The translations under genes and the position numbers were made by a program. From Mobula hypostoma (Eukaryota): 47,562 nucleotides of DNA. The DNA lies in the NCBI RefSeq assembly GCF_963921235.1, contig NW_026948142.1:186001-233562 (forward strand). The letters run 5' to 3'. This document shows, piece by piece, positions 1 to 12,114 of the stretch. The number at the start of each line of letters is the position of its first letter. Position 1 is the stretch's first letter. Under the pieces are notes generated by a model, which saw nothing but the letters and a program-made list of their open reading frames with translations, was not told the origin of the DNA and ran no database searches.

Positions 1-850
1 CTGTGCCCAACAACACTACACCCACCAAGCCTATACCCACCCATCCTGTATCTGTCGGGTCTGTGTCCACTGTGTCTGTGCCCGCTGAGTCTGTGCTCAT
101 CATGCCTGTGCCCCCTGAATGTGCACTTACTGAGACTGTACCTGAGTCTGTGCCCAGCATGACTGTACCCATTAATTCTGTCTGCCCAGTCTATACCCAC
201 TGAGCCTGTGCCCACTGAGACTGTACCCATCGATTCTGTGCCTGTCCTGTCGGTAACCATTGAGTCTGCGTACCATGACTGTCCTACTGAATCTGTACTC
301 ACCAAGACTGTACCCTCTGTGTTTGTACCCACTGAGACTATGCCTGAGTCTGTGACCAGCAAGACTGTCTGCCCAGACTACCCGTCAATTCAGTGCCCAC
401 CTAGTGTGTACCCATCAAGTCTGTGCCATCAAGCCAGTGCCTGCCAAACCTATAGATGGTGAGACTGTACCCATCACACTGTACTACCGTGCCTGTGCCC
501 ATTGCATCTGTATCCACCAAGACTATGCACAGTGAGACTGTAACTACCCAGTCTATACTCGCTGAGAATGTGACCAAGCCTGTACCTACTGAGCCTGTGT
601 CCATCAAGTCTGTACCCATTGAGACTGTATCCACTAAATCTGAGCCGCCGCCCCCCCGAGTCTGTGCCTACTAAGACTGTACCCACCATGCCTATGCCCA
701 CTGAGATGATGCTCACTGAATCTGTGCCTGCTGAGAATGTGCACAGTGACACTGTACCTACCAGGACGATACCCACCCATCCTGTATCTGCCGAGTCTGT
801 GCCTGCTAACACTGTGCCAGTGACACTGCCCCTGCCAAGACAGTGCCCAG
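1..850. repeat. Degenerate ~15-bp tandem repeat (consensus ~CTGTRCCCACTGAGW), truncated by window start
   Basis: Recurrent ctgtgcccactgag/ctgtacccactgag units; translations give 5-aa periodic PTE(T/S)V patterns in several frames with scattered stops and frame changes. Confidence 0.85.
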
Positions 851-924
851 AAATTCTCTGCCAGCTGAGTTTGTACTTCAAGTCTGAGCCTGCACTGTAC
901 TCACCAATTATTTCTCACCATAAG

Positions 925-968
925 TGCTGCCTGTCCTGCTGAATTCCTTCAGCATCTGCAGAATCTCT
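925..968 (+). mobile_element. Short internally deleted remnant of the palindromic Penelope-associated element family also seen at 17.7 kb and 28.3 kb
   Basis: tgctgcctgtcctgctgaattccttcagcatctgcagaatctct resembles the gatgctgcctggcctgctg...ccagcatctgcaga arm of the other copies. Confidence 0.55.
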
Positions 969-1154
969 TATGTTAATTATCATCATTATTTTTTAAATAT
1001 TTTTTCTCAGTTCAAGTTGGTAAAACCTGAGCTGCAGGCTTAGCCAAGCACATTCATTTCTGCTGGAAAAACAGGACCTCCAGGGTAGTAATCTGTAGAT
1101 TACTGCCTGTGCCATGTGCTAGTGAGGGCAAGAATAGGATGATTTGAAAGATAG

Positions 1155-2550
1155 CATCTAACAATCGATTCCAACAACTTCCCAACCACTGATATCAGGC
1201 TAACAGGTCTATAGTTTCCTTTCTGCTGCCTCCCACCCTTCTTAAATAGCTGAGTAACATTTGCAGTTTTCCAGTCATCCAGTACAATGCCAGAATCTAT
1301 CAATTATTTAAAGGTCATTGTTAATGCCTCTGCAATCTCTCCAGCTACTTCCTTCAGAACCCAAGGGTGCATTCCATCAGGTCCAGGAGATTTATCCACC
1401 ATCAGATCATTAAGCTTCCTTAACACTTTCTCAGTTGTAATTTTCACTGCACAAACTTCACCTCCCTGAATGTCCGGTATACTTCCACTGTGAAGACTAA
1501 TGCAAAATACACATTCAAATTGACTCCTTCTACTTTAGGCCATGAACTTATCAATCACCCCTCGTACTTTGCCTCTGACTTCACTTGTCATTCATGGTAG
1601 TGTCCTTCTTCCCTTTGAAAATTTCTTCTTATGGGGAATATATCTGTCTTGCATTTCCCTCATTTTTCGCAGGAACTCCAGCCATTGCTGCTCTGCTGTC
1701 TTTCCCGCAAATGTCCCTTTCCAGTCAACTTCGGCCAGTTCCCTCTCATGCCATTGTAATTTCCTTTATTCCACTGAAATAGCGACACATTGGATTTTAC
1801 TTTTTCCCTCTCAAATTTCAATGTGAACTTGATCATATTGTGATCACTGTTCCCTAAGGGTTCCTTAACCTTAAGCTCTCTTATCACCTCCAGATCATTG
1901 CGCAACACCCAATCCAGCACAGCCAATCCCCTAGTGGGCTCAACAACAAGCTGTTCTAAAAAGCCATCCCTTAGACATTCCACAAATTCTCTCTTGAGGT
2001 CCAGTACTGACCTGGTTTTCCCAATCACTTCCATGTTAAAATCCCTGACAATTATCATGACATTCCCTTTCTGACATGTCTTTTCTATCTCCTGCTGTAA
2101 TTTGTAATCCACATCCTGGCTGCTGTTTGAAGGCCTGTATACAACTGCCATTGGGGTCCTTTTACCCTTGCCATTTCTTAACTCAACCCATAGACATTCT
2201 ACACCTTCCAATCCTACGTCATCTCTTTCCAACGATTTAATATTTTTTATACAGAGCCACATCACCCCCTCTGCCTACTGACCTATCTTTCCGATACGCC
2301 GTATATCCTTGGACATGCAGCTCCCAATGGCAGCCATCCTTTAGCCAAGTTTCAAAGATGGCCATAATGTCATATCTGCCAATCTGTAGCTGAATTTCAA
2401 GATCGTCCATTTTATTCCTTATGCCGTGTACATTCAAATACAACACTCTCATTACAGTATTTGTTGCTTTCTGACTTAACTGCACCGTGCCTCTATTGCC
2501 CTGTAACTCATGCCACTGGCTTTGATTAAGCCTCATCTCCTGCCTGTTCT
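1155..2550 (-). mobile_element. CR1 LINE fragment (APE endonuclease to RT N-terminus), internally deleted and frameshifted
   Basis: Minus ORFs: YLNVHGIRNK...ETWL, VVYRPSN...DFN...LDWVL...GNSDHNMI, DWKTANVTQLFKKGGR..GNYRPVSL. Confidence 0.9.
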
Positions 2551-2554
2551 TTCT

Positions 2555-3320
2555 ATAATCTCTATAATTTACATCAATAAACTGGAAGAGGGGTCCAAGT
2601 GTAGTGTATCTAAGTTTGTTGATGACACTAAATTGAGTGGAAAAGCAAATTCTGCAGAAGATACAGAGAGTCTGCAGAGAGGTATTGATAGGTTAAGTGA
2701 GTGGGCAAGGGTTTAGCAGATGGAGTACAATGTTGGTAAATGCAAGGTCATCCACTTTGGAAGGAAAAATGAAAGAGCAAATTATTATTTAAATGGTAAA
2801 AAAATTGATCCATACTGCTGCGTAGAGGGTCTTGGAGGTGCTTGTGCATGAATCACAAAAGGTTGGTATGCAGGTGCATCAGGCTATCAAGAAGACAAAT
2901 GGAATGTTGGCCTTCATTGCTAGGGGGATTGAATTTAAGAGCAGGGAGGTTATGATATAACTGTACAAGGTACTGGTGAAGCCACACCTGGAGTACTGAG
3001 TGCAGTTCTGGTCTCCTTACTTGAGGAAGTCTCAAGGTTTGGGAGAGTACATTTAGGACAGAGATGAGAAGGAGCTGCTTTTCCCAATGAGTGGTGAATC
3101 TGTGGATTCTCTGCCCAATGAAGCAGTGGGGCTACCTCAGTAAATATACTTAGGCAAGGTTGGATAGATGTTTGTATAGTAAGGAAATTAAGGGTTATGG
3201 GAAAAAGACAGGTAGGTGGAGATGAGTCCATGGTCAGATCAGCCATGATCTTATTGAATGGCAGAGCTGGCTTGATAAGCCAGATAGCCTATTTCTGCTC
3301 CAATTTCTTACGTTCTTCTG
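2555..3320 (+). mobile_element. CR1 LINE 3' fragment (RT C-terminal half and 3' UTR)
   Basis: IYINKLEEG..SKFVDDTKL..LQRGIDRLSEWA; LYKVLVKPHLEY; typical CR1 3' end (gatcagccatgatcttattgaatggc...ttcttacgttct). Confidence 0.9.
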
Positions 3321-3344
3321 TTTTTCTATTAGTATTACATTCTG

Positions 3345-3550
3345 CTTTCAAATTTGACCTTCCAAAATGAACCACTTCACAATTATCTGGGTTGAATTCC
3401 ATCTTCCACTCCTCAGCTCAGTTTTGCATCCTATTGATGTCCTACTGTAACCTCTGACACCCCTCCAGACTATCCAGAACACCCCCAATCTTTTTGTCAT
3501 CAGTAAATGTACTAGCCCACCCTTACACCTCTTCAACCAGGTCATTTATA
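3345..3550 (-). mobile_element. Old CR1 RT fragment
   Basis: Minus strand degenerate NDLVEEV.GWASTFTDDK...WKMEFN segment. Confidence 0.75.
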
Positions 3551-3559
3551 AAAATTCAT

Positions 3560-5400
3560 ATTGCTTAAGTATTGCATGCAGTCTCGTTGGGACTTCTACA
3601 TACTGACGATGGAAACTTTCCTGAATACATCTGACAAACTCTATCCCATCTAGACCTTTACAGTATGGGATTCCCAGTCAATATGTGGAAAGATAAAATC
3701 ACCTACCATAATAACCTTATGTTTCTTGCAATAGTCTGCAATCTCTACAAATTTGTTCCTCTCAGTCCCGAGGACTGTTCAATGGACTGTAGCATGGACT
3801 CATTTACTAGGTCATACCTTTCTTATTTCTCAGTTCCACCCATAAATGTCTCACTAGTTAAGTTCTCCAGTCTGGCCTGATGGAGCACTGCCGTGACATT
3901 TTCCCTGACTAGCAACTCCTCCCCTCCTCCTTTAATCCTTCCTGCTCTGTCATGTCTAAAACAACGGAACCCCTTAATATCAATGTGTATCTCCTGCATC
4001 CAAGTCTCACTAATAGCTATAACATCATAATCCCAATTGTTGATCCATGCCCGAGCTCATCCACCTTTCTTACGATACTTCTGAAATGTACACAGCTCAG
4101 GACACTCGTCACACCATACTTAACCTTTTGATTCCTGACTTTATCTAAGGTCTTACCTACAATCTGCCTCCACAGCCTGTCCACTAACCTTTCTGTCATT
4201 CTGGTTCCCATCCCCCCACATCTCTAGCTTTAATCCCACTGTGCAGCGTTAAAAAACCTTCCTGCTAGGATATTAGCCCCCTCCAGTTCAGTCGCAAGCT
4301 GTCCTTTCTGTACAGGTCCCACCTTCCCTGGAAGAGAGCCCAATGATCCAAAAATCTTATGCCCTTTGTTTTACACCAACTTCTTAGCCACATATTAAAC
4401 TGTATAATCTTCTTAGTTCTGGCCTCACTAGTACATGGCACAGGTAGCAATCCTGAGGTTCAAACCCTAGAGGTCCTGCCCTTCAACTTAGCACCTAACT
4501 CCCTGAACTCCCTATGCAGAACCTCATCTCTCATCCTACCCATGTCATTGGTACCTACATGGACCACTTCCTCTGGCTTTTCACACTCCCACTTAAGAAT
4601 GCTGTGGACACGATCCAAGATGTCACAGACCCTGGCACCGGGTGGCAGCATACAATACAGGAATCTCATTCTTGCCTACAGAACCTCCTGCCCATTCATC
4701 TAACTAATGAATCCCCTATCACCTCTTCTGCCCCTTCACAGAGACAGACTCAGTGCCAGAGACCTGACCACTGTGACTTTCCTCTGTTAGGTCATCCCCT
4801 CCGCAACAGTATCCAAAGTGGTATATGCGTTGTATGGAATGACCACAGGAGTATTCTGCATTGGCTGTTTAACCCCTTTCTACTTGCCATCCAGTTTCAT
4901 GTGCCTGCACCTTACGTGTAACTACCCTTCTTTATGTCCTACCTATCATGTCCTCAGCCTCGCGAATCATCTGGAGTTCATCCGGTTCCAGCTCCCAACT
5001 CCAACGCCTTAACGCAGATTGTTGGAAGCTGCAGCTGGATGCATTTCTCACAGTTGTAGTCATCAGGGACACTGAGGTCTCCTTGCCTTCTTACATCCTG
5101 CAAGAGGAGCATTCAACTATCCTGCCTGTCATCTCTTCTGTCCTAACTGAGCAGATAAAAAAGAAGGGAAAGGAGAAAAAAAGTTTACCTAGAGCTTTTC
5201 TTTTTTGCTTCCTCTGACTGAAGCCTCTCGTCACTGAAGCCCCAAAGAGCTAAACCTCAAGATCACCAGTCTAACTCTGTGCACTCAGACAATGGCCACT
5301 GTGCTTGCCTTGCCTACCTTTAATTTGTTCTTGCTAATCAATCCCAAACGCAAATTGGTCACTGATCAGAGCTCAATCACACTGCTCAATGTAGTCTGCT
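3560..5400 (-). mobile_element. 5' portion of a decayed CR1 LINE: 5' UTR, ORF1 (SGNH esterase domain) and start of ORF2 endonuclease
   Basis: LPPGARVCDI..VHVGTNDMG, FLDHWALFQGRWDLYRKDSLRLN (ORF1 esterase); HFRSIVRKVDEL (ORF2 start). Confidence 0.85.
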
Positions 5401-5614
5401 CAGTTCATGGGGATGTCTTCTAAGGAGGGTTATGCACTTCCATTGGTTAACTTTTTCTTCTATCATTATAATTTCTTCACATTTCTGGGCTATGCTTTCA
5501 TTTCAGTTTAGTGGTGTGTACTTATCATATGGAGTGCTGAATCCTGTTTTCATTGGTGAAAATAGAAGTTCTCCCCATTTAGGTAACAGTCCACACTGTT
5601 GTTCCTTTTACTAA

Positions 5615-5768
5615 AGTATACGATAATGCATTTTGGTAAAGGGAACGATAGTGCGGACTATTATCTAAATGGGGAGAAGATTCAAACTCGAGGTGCAGAG
5701 GGATTTAGGAGTCCTCATGCAAGACTCCCAGAAGATTAATTTACAGGTTGAGTCTGTGGTAAAGAAGA
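5615..5768 (+). mobile_element. Short CR1 RT C-terminal fragment abutting Rex1 fragment
   Basis: MHFG...DYYLNG...EVQRDLGVLMQDSQKINLQVESVVKK, matching the CR1 copies at 11.9-12.6 kb. Confidence 0.8.
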
Positions 5769-6855
5769 CACTTACCTCAATAATAAGCAAATGCTTTGAG
5801 AGGCTGGTCAAGGATTACATCTGCAGCTTACTACCACCCAGACTGGACCCCCTGCAATTTGCCTTCCGACTCAACCGATGGATAGATGACCCATCAGCCA
5901 CTGCTCTACATATCATCCTTGCACATCTGGAGAAGAAGGTTGCTTATGTGAGTATGCTGTTCTTGGACTACAGTTCAGCATTCAACACCATAATTCCATC
6001 CAAGCTCAACAGGATGCTCAGAGACCTCGGCCTTGACCCTGCCTTGTGCAGCTGGATCCTGGACTTCCTGTCAGATTGCCGGCAGGTGGTAAGAGTGGGC
6101 TTCCTCACCTCCACCCCTCTGACTCTCAACTCAGGTGCCCCTCAGGACTGTGTACTAAGTCCCCTCCTTTACTCCCTGTATACCCATGACTGTGTCACCA
6201 CCCACAGCTCTAATCTGCTAATTAAATTTGCTGACGAGACTACATTGATTGGCCTAATCTCAAACAATAACAAGGTGACCTACAGGGAAGAAGTCATCTC
6301 TCTGACACAGTGGTGTCAAGAAAACAACCTCTCCCTCAATATCGCAAAACCAAAGGAGCTGGTTGTAGATTACAGGAGGAATGGAGACAGGCTAACCCCT
6401 ATTGACATCAATGGATCTGGGGTTGAGAGGGTAAACAGCTTTAAGTTCCTCGGCATCCACATCATCGAGGTCCCCACATGGTCTTGTACACACCAGCTGT
6501 GTGATTTTAAAAAAAAAGGCACAACAGTGCCTCTTTCACCTCAGATGGTTGAGGAAGTTTGGTATGGGCCTCCAAATCCTAACAACTTTCTACAGGAGCA
6601 CAATTGAGAGCATCCTAACCAGCTGCATCACTGCCTGGCATGGGAACTGTACTTCCCTCAGTTGCAGGATTCTGCTGAGAGTGGTGCGGACAGCCCAGTG
6701 CATCTGTAGTTGTGAACTTCCCATGATTCAGGACATTAACAAAGGCAGGTGCGACAAAAGGGCCCGAAGGATCATTGGGGACCTGAGTCACCCCAACCAC
6801 AAACTGTTCCAGCTGCTACCATCCAGGAAACAGTACGGCAGCATAAATGCCAGCT
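5769..6855 (+). mobile_element. Rex1/Babar-type non-LTR retrotransposon RT fragment (5'-truncated, frameshift near 6480-6520)
   Basis: LTSIISKCFERLV..LDPLQFA..FLDYSSAFNTIIP..GAPQDCVLSPLLYSLYTHDC..KFADETT..FKFLGIHI; then KKAQQCLFHLRWLRKF..FYRSTIESILTSCITAW. Confidence 0.9.
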
Positions 6856-6979
6856 ACTCTTAACATCCTTTCGTACCTTTATGGCATCCTTTCTTCTCTT
6901 TTATAAGGATATTGTGATTATCTAAGTGAGTGGTATTTATGGTAGTTGCGAGGTGCATAGAGTAAGAGAATCTTTAAAA

Positions 6980-8425
6980 AATGACAGCACAGAAGCAGGC
7001 CCTTCGATCTATCTAGTCCCTGCCAAACCATTTAAACTACCAACACCCATTAACCTGCACTTGGGCCATAGTGCAGGTTAATGGCCATAGCCCTCCATAC
7101 ACTACCATCTGTGTACCTATGCAACCTCCTCTTATATGTTGAAATAAAGCTTGCATGTACCACTTGTTCTGGCAGCTCATTCCACTCTCACAACCCTCTG
7201 AGTGAAGAAGTATTCATTCATGTTCCCCTTCACCTTTTCATTTTTCACCTTTAACCCATGACCTCTGGTTGTAATCCTTCTCAAACTCAGTAGAAAAAGC
7301 CTGCTTGCATTTACCCTCTCTATATCCCTCATAATTTTGTATACCTCTATCAAGTCTCCTCTCAATCTTCTGCATTCCAAGGAATAAATTCCTGACCTAT
7401 TTAATTTTTCCTTATGACTCAGGTCCTCCAGACCTGGCAACATCCTTGTAAATTTTCTCTACTCTTTGAACCGTATTTTCACCTTTCCTTTAGGTAGGTG
7501 ATCAAAGCTTCACACAATGCTCCAAATTAGGCCTCACCAATATCTTTAACTTTACAACTTTAACATAACATCATATCTCCTGTGTTCAGTACTTTGAGTT
7601 ATGAAGGCCAATGTGCCAAATGCTTTCCTTACAGCCGTATATATCAGTGATGCCACTTTCAATAAATTATAGACCTGTATTCCCAGATCCCTTTGTTCTA
7701 CCACACTCCTCAGGGCCCTTCTCTTCGCTGTGTAAGACCTACCCTGGTTTGTCTGACCGAAGTACAACACTTCGTACTTGTCTGCGTTAAATTCCATCTG
7801 CTATTTTTCAACCCGTTATTCCAGCTTGTCCAGATCCTGGTGCAAGCCTTGATAGCCTTCCTCACTGTCCACTGCATCCGCAAATTTGCTGATCCAGTTG
7901 ACTACATTATCATTCAAATCATTGATTCAGATCAACAATGGACAGAGCAGCGATCCCTGCAGCACTCCACTAGTCATAGGCCTCCAGTCAGAGAGGCAAC
8001 CATTTACTACTGCTCTCTGGCTTTTCCCACAAAACCAAAGTCTGATCTAATTTACTACCTCATCTTGAATGCTGAGTTACTGAACCATCTTGATTAAACT
8101 CCCACGCAGACAACATCTACTGCCTTCCTTTCATCAACTCTATAAGCTTGGTTAGACATAACCTACCACGCACAAAGCCATGCTTAATCAGTCCTTGTCT
8201 CTCCAAATACTCATATATCTGGTCCCTTAGAGTACCTTCCAATAGCTTTCCCACTGCAAATGTCAGGCTCACTGGCCTCTCATTTTCTGGTTTATTTTTA
8301 GAGCCTTTCGTGAACAGTGGAACAACATTGGCTATCCTTCAATCCTTTGTACCTCACCTGTCACTAAGGATGATTTAAATATCTCTGCTTGGGCCTGGCA
8401 AATTCTGCACTTGCCTCCCGCAGGG
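6980..8425 (-). mobile_element. Decayed CR1 LINE (RT and 3' UTR)
   Basis: MEFNADKYEVLYFG..EQRDLG; MLPGLEDLSHKEKLNRSGIYSLECRRLRGDLIEVYKI..TRGH..FFTQRVV. Confidence 0.9.
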
Positions 8426-8517
8426 TCTGAGATAGGTGAAGTGTAAAAGAGAAGCAACAGTGGATATCGGACTGGAAAGCAATGCTGGAGAGGTAGTAAC
8501 GGGGGGGGTGGGGGGGT

Positions 8518-9185
8518 GGTGGACAAAATAGCGAAATACTGAGTAAGTATTTTGCATTTGTGTTCACTGTGGAAGACATTAGCAGAATGGTGGAAGTTCC
8601 AGGCATCAGGGGCATGAAGTGTGTGAAGTGACTAGAGAGGAAGTTCTTGGGAAACTGAAAGTCTGCAGGTAGATAAGTCACCTGGGCCTCACCTGGAGTA
8701 TTGTGAGCAGGTTTGGACATCTTATCTCACAAAGGATATGCTGAACTGGAGAGGGTTCAAAGGAGGTTCACGAAAATGATTCCAGGATGGAATGCCTTGT
8801 CACGTGAAGAGTGTCTGATGGCTCTGGGCCTGAATTCATTCAAATTCAGAAAAATGGGGAGTGACCTCATTGAAACCTATTGAATGGTGAGAGGCCTTGA
8901 TCGAGTGGAAGTGGAGAGGATGTTTCCTATGGTGGGAGAGGACACAGCCTCAGAATAGAGGGGTGTCCTTTTAGAACAGAGATGAGGAAGAATTTCTTTA
9001 GCCAGAGGGTGATAAATCTGGAATTTGTTACCACAGGCAGCTGTGGAGGCCAAGGTTTTATGTATACTTAAGGCAGAGGTTGATAGAGTCTTGCTTGGTC
9101 AGGGCATGAAGGGATACAAGGAGAAGGCAGGAGATTGGGGCTGAGAAGAAAATTGGATCAGCCATGATGAAATGGTGGAGCAGGC
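8518..9185 (+). mobile_element. Internally deleted CR1 fragment with 3' end
   Basis: YFAFVFTVED segment joined to PHLEYC..LERVQRRFTKMIPG..GDLIETY..FFSQRV and gatcagccatgat 3' UTR. Confidence 0.8.
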
Positions 9186-9197
9186 AGATGCAGAAAG

Positions 9198-11083
9198 TGT
9201 GAAACCCCTTTTTATTAGGCATCTCTGGAAATGCGGGTTGTTAGCCCCTCGCTAACAGCCACAGGACTCCACTATGAAAAACCCACCTTTCTCAAGCTCC
9301 GTACGTCTAGCGTGTATACACTTTGGTCCCACCAAACGCGTGAGGTTGGGATGTCTCACCCTCCCAAACCCCGGTTTGTGTGAATGCTGTGTGATTTGCT
9401 GACCTCCTTCAATCACCTGTCAGCAAGAAATAACAGAAGGTACACAGCATACCAATATAAAGAGAGGATATTTATGAACATTAACTTAGCCAGAGTTTTT
9501 AAAGAAAATAAAGCAAAAAGCAAGTGCCCATTATAATTAAACAGTCAAATCATCATAAAAGTTGGAACTCATCTTGAACTTGTCTGTAACTCACACGCTG
9601 GACCCTTGGTCTGTGTGAAAGCACACACCACCTTTCAGATATTGCTCAAAATTAAACAGACGGGTCTTCCACAGGAGTATTGGTCCTTCCTCCTTGAAGC
9701 CATTCATCTGCACAAACATCCTGTGCAGCAGAGATAGCATCCTCTGTTATGGTCCAGTCCATGAAGATTGCATTCCGATTCACAACCCGGTCCTTGGACT
9801 CTCGACTCCGGGTCTTCCGGCTGTCCCATGTTCCATTTGGGCTTAATCATAGGCACCTGATGCTTATCTTGGGGATGGGAATTTAAGTGGCCCTGGGATC
9901 AAGTGTGGGTGCTGGTTTGTCTTGTTAGTATCCCCTTAGAGTAACTTGCTGGTGAAAGGCTAGAGCAACCCTTTGTGATCTCTAGGCCTGGTTGGAGGAC
10001 AACTGCTTCATGGAACCTTGTTGTCTCCAGTCGGAGCAGTCATCGTGGTATGGATTCGGCTGTTTCTGGGGCTAGCTGAGTGGCTGTCTGCCACTCTGAG
10101 CTAGATATGGATTTGGCTGTTTCCATAGCCAGCCAAGGTTGCTGGCTGCCCTGAGACTTAGAGCCACCCTGGATTGAGCTCCCTTCCTGTCCTTGCCTCT
10201 ATGGGGTAAGTCAGGCAGTCCTTGCCATTACCCTGCGGTTGGATCTGTCCCTTCCTGTCCTTGCCTCTGTTGGGTAAGTCTGGCTGTCTTTGCCTGAGGC
10301 TGGTCTGTTCCCTTCCCTTCTCCACCTGAATCCCTGACAGTTTCCTTGGCGGTTTATCTCGGCAGTCATCCCGGTCCTGCATTCTAGTAAGCATCCCAGC
10401 CCAGCGTCCAAGGAAGGGGCCCAACCTTGCAAAAGCATTCCAGCCATGCATCCTAGAAAGGGTCCTGGCCCTGCGTTCCAAGAAGGAGTACCTTGTCCTG
10501 CCCAGGAGTGCCTTGAAGAATCCAAGCCTTGTCCAGTCCTGTAGCCATGTCATGTCTTCGCCTAGTTCCAGAGTCTGAGCCCGAGTCAAGACCCAGGTTC
10601 TGGGTCCTTGTCCAGTCTCTGCTTTGCCTAGTCCTGTAGCCAAGCCAAGCCTCGCCTAGTCCAGACCCAGCTTCTGGGTCCTAGTCCAGTCTCTGGCTCA
10701 GAGTCCAAACCCAGGCTCTTAGTTCTCAGTTCCTTGTCCTGGTTCTGCTTTCCCAGCCAAAGTTCTAACCCAAGTCTGTGTCCAATCCTGTCCCTAACTC
10801 TAGTCCAGTCCAGTTCCCAGTACTTCAGTGTCTGTGTCTTGCATCTGGGTCTGCCATCAATGCCCACCATATGACATCCTCAGCCATCTTCCCCATCTTC
10901 TCCCAGCTGCTGCCAAAAAAAACCTCAACCCTCACCAGTGTCCCTCTCAAAAACTCTTTGTGCAGCGTTCTCTAGAAACTTCTTCCAATTCCACCATCCT
11001 GACTGGCTGACACAACATTCCTGTGTTGAACTTAGCTCAGCTCAAACCCAGGCAGGCTGGAAGCAGAACAGACAGTTCTTACA
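9198..11083 (-). mobile_element. Putative solo LTR (Gypsy-like), split by a second LTR inserted at 9745-10876
   Basis: Termini TGTGAAAC...GTTCTTACA (TG..CA with imperfect inverted ends); minus strand ends AATAAAAAGGGGTTTCACA; flanks aaag/aaac are only an imperfect 4-bp TSD; non-coding. Confidence 0.55.
9745..10876. mobile_element. Solo LTR of an LTR retrotransposon (1132 bp) with 5-bp TSD
   Basis: Begins TGTTAT, ends ATGACA; flanked by direct repeat TCCTC (9740-9744, 10877-10881); contains internal direct repeats (~10180-10290, ~10530-10700). Confidence 0.8.
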
Positions 11084-11094
11084 AAACTACTAAA

Positions 11095-12114
11095 ATGAAG
11101 CTTAGAGGTCTGAGGGTGGATAAATCTCCTGGACCTGATGGAATGCACCCTTGGGCTCCTAAGGAAGTAGCTGGAGAGATTGTGGAGGCATTAACAATAA
11201 TCTTTCAAGAATTGATAGATTCTGGCATTGTATCAGATGACTGGAAAATTGCAAAAGTAACCCTGCTATTTAAGAAGGGTGGGAGGCAGCAGGAAAGAAA
11301 CTATAGACCTGTTAGCCTGACATCAGTGGTTGGTAAGTTGTTGGAATCGATAGTTAGGGATAAGATTACGGAATACCTGGAGGCACATGACAAGATAGGC
11401 CAAAGCCAGCATGGTGTCCTGAAAGGAAAATCCTGCCTGACTAACCAACTGCAATTTTTTGAGGAAATCACAAACAGGGTAGACAAAGGAGATGCAGTAG
11501 ATATGGTACACTTGGATTTTCAGAAGGCCTTTACAAGGTGCCACACAGGAGGCTGTTTAGCAAGATAAGAGCCCATGGAATTACAGGTATGTTACTAGCA
11601 TGGTTGGAGCATTGGTTGATCAGCAGAAAGCAGAGAGTGGGAATAAAGGTATCCTATTCTGGCTGACTGCCGGTTACCAGTGGAGTTCCACAGGGGTTGG
11701 TGTTGGGACTGCTGCTTTTTACGATGTACGTCAATGATTTGGAATATGGGATAAATGGATCTGTGGCTAAATTTGCTGATGATACAAAGATAGGTGGAGG
11801 AGTGGATAGTGTTGAGGAAACAGAGCCTGTAGAGAGACTTAGATAGTTTAGGGAAATGGGCAAAGAAGTGGCAAATGAAATACAATGTTGGAAAGTGTAT
11901 GATCATGCACTTTGATGGAAGAAATAAATGGGCAGACTATTATTTAGAAGGAGAGAGAATTTGAACACAGAGATGCAAAGGGACTTTGGAGTCCTTGTGC
12001 AAGCTACCCTAAAGGTTAACCTCCAAGTTGAGTCGGTGTGAAGAAGGCGAATGCAATGTTGGCATTCATTTCTAGAGGTATAGAATACAAGAGCAGAGAT
12101 GTGATGTTGAGGCA
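11095..12114 (+). mobile_element. CR1 RT fragment, truncated at both ends
   Basis: DKSPGPDGMHP..NYRPVSLTSVVGKLLE..QHG..KSCLTN..LDFQKAF; GVPQG; KFADDTK. Confidence 0.92.

Noticed and set aside
3..942. Mucin-like PTETV ORFs
   Set aside because: Product of a 15-bp repeat with stops and frame changes; no splice or domain support
1155..3320. Single CR1 with twin-priming 5' inversion
   Set aside because: The geometry fits, but the minus part resembles the 11-13 kb subfamily while the plus part's RT differs from it, and no TSD was found
5507..5582. Possible exon (tttcAG...AG|GTaaca)
   Set aside because: Splice-like signals, but no Ldh_2 or other recognisable peptide, and its 76-bp length lacks supporting context
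10158..10870. Minus-strand ORFs of 80-161 aa
   Set aside because: They lie inside a solo LTR with internal repeats; no gag/pol/env motifs
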